Assembly: GCA_964016885.1 (NCBI GenBank)
Contig: OZ024742.1
Coordinates: forward strand, 357,678,001 to 357,742,000
DNA length: 64,000 nt
Origin: Eledone cirrhosa
Taxonomy: Eukaryota
Direction of reading: 5' to 3'
Part shown: positions 63,377 through 64,000 of the stretch, in pieces
Numbering within the stretch: position 1 is the stretch's first letter
Layout: each line of letters starts with the position of its first letter
Made by a program: the position numbers and the translations under genes
The notes under the pieces: model-generated
What the model was told of the DNA's origin: nothing
The model's input: only the letters and a program-made list of their open reading frames with translations
Databases searched by the model: none

Positions 63377-64000
63377 GATAATATTGATAATGAAAATGAT
63401 CGTGTACGGTGCTCAGGTGCACTACTTTTACACCAAGGCAACTTTAGTACACATTACCATTAAAAACTCCTATCTCACATCAGTGATTCTCAATGCAGGA
63501 TGCATAACCCACGGGGGGACAGTTTGAATATCTAAGGGGGCAATTTGAAAATGATGTTAATGAGGATAAATTATATTATTATATTTACACCACAGTAACT
63601 ATGGTACACATTACAGTCAGAAACTCCTGTCTCACCTCCACATGTTATTGTGCATCTGGCACCACCTATATGGTACACATTACTATCAGAAACTCCTATC
63701 TCACCTCCACCACACATGCTATGGTACATCACAAATACACCAATATATTTATACTTTTCAGTTGATCATCACTGTTTTCATATCAAAAGGGTGCAAAACA
63801 ATTTTTGAGATGTTGAGCTGGGGCATGATCTAGAAAATGTTGGGAATCATGGCTGTCAGGGCCAGATTTATCATGGAGGGTGGAGTAGGGTGAATCTTCT
63901 GGGTCCCCTCAACAAATAGACCTCAACTCTTTGAACGGCACCCCTTCCTTTTCTCTCTCTTCCTGATTATGTGTGTATATATATAATAATAATGATAATA

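Overview
Eukaryotic, gene-free, repeat-saturated DNA; the SINE, RTE and microsatellite complement suggests an octopod cephalopod (inference). No host gene, rRNA, tRNA gene or CRISPR array is supported. Positions 689-29357 are a satellite of about 560 x 51-bp monomers with nested higher-order repeats. It sits inside a dead R4/Dong-like (restriction-like endonuclease, RLE) non-LTR retrotransposon. The monomer reads in frame into that element's C-terminus (…EIGRLWLITASIVPVRV|GALGAVS…LGSARILGNVLSL*), so the satellite appears to be an amplified 17-codon piece of the RLE domain. A second satellite (49 bp x about 119, 36176-42005) likewise sits inside a dispersed repeat that has single-monomer copies elsewhere in the window. 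The rest is two RTE-clade LINE families, CR1-like fragments, tRNA-derived SINEs, a hAT-type MITE and microsatellites. One RTE copy has an intact APE-RT ORF, and both families carry a PHD finger inside the RT. The many long ORFs in the satellites are artefacts of repeat periodicity.
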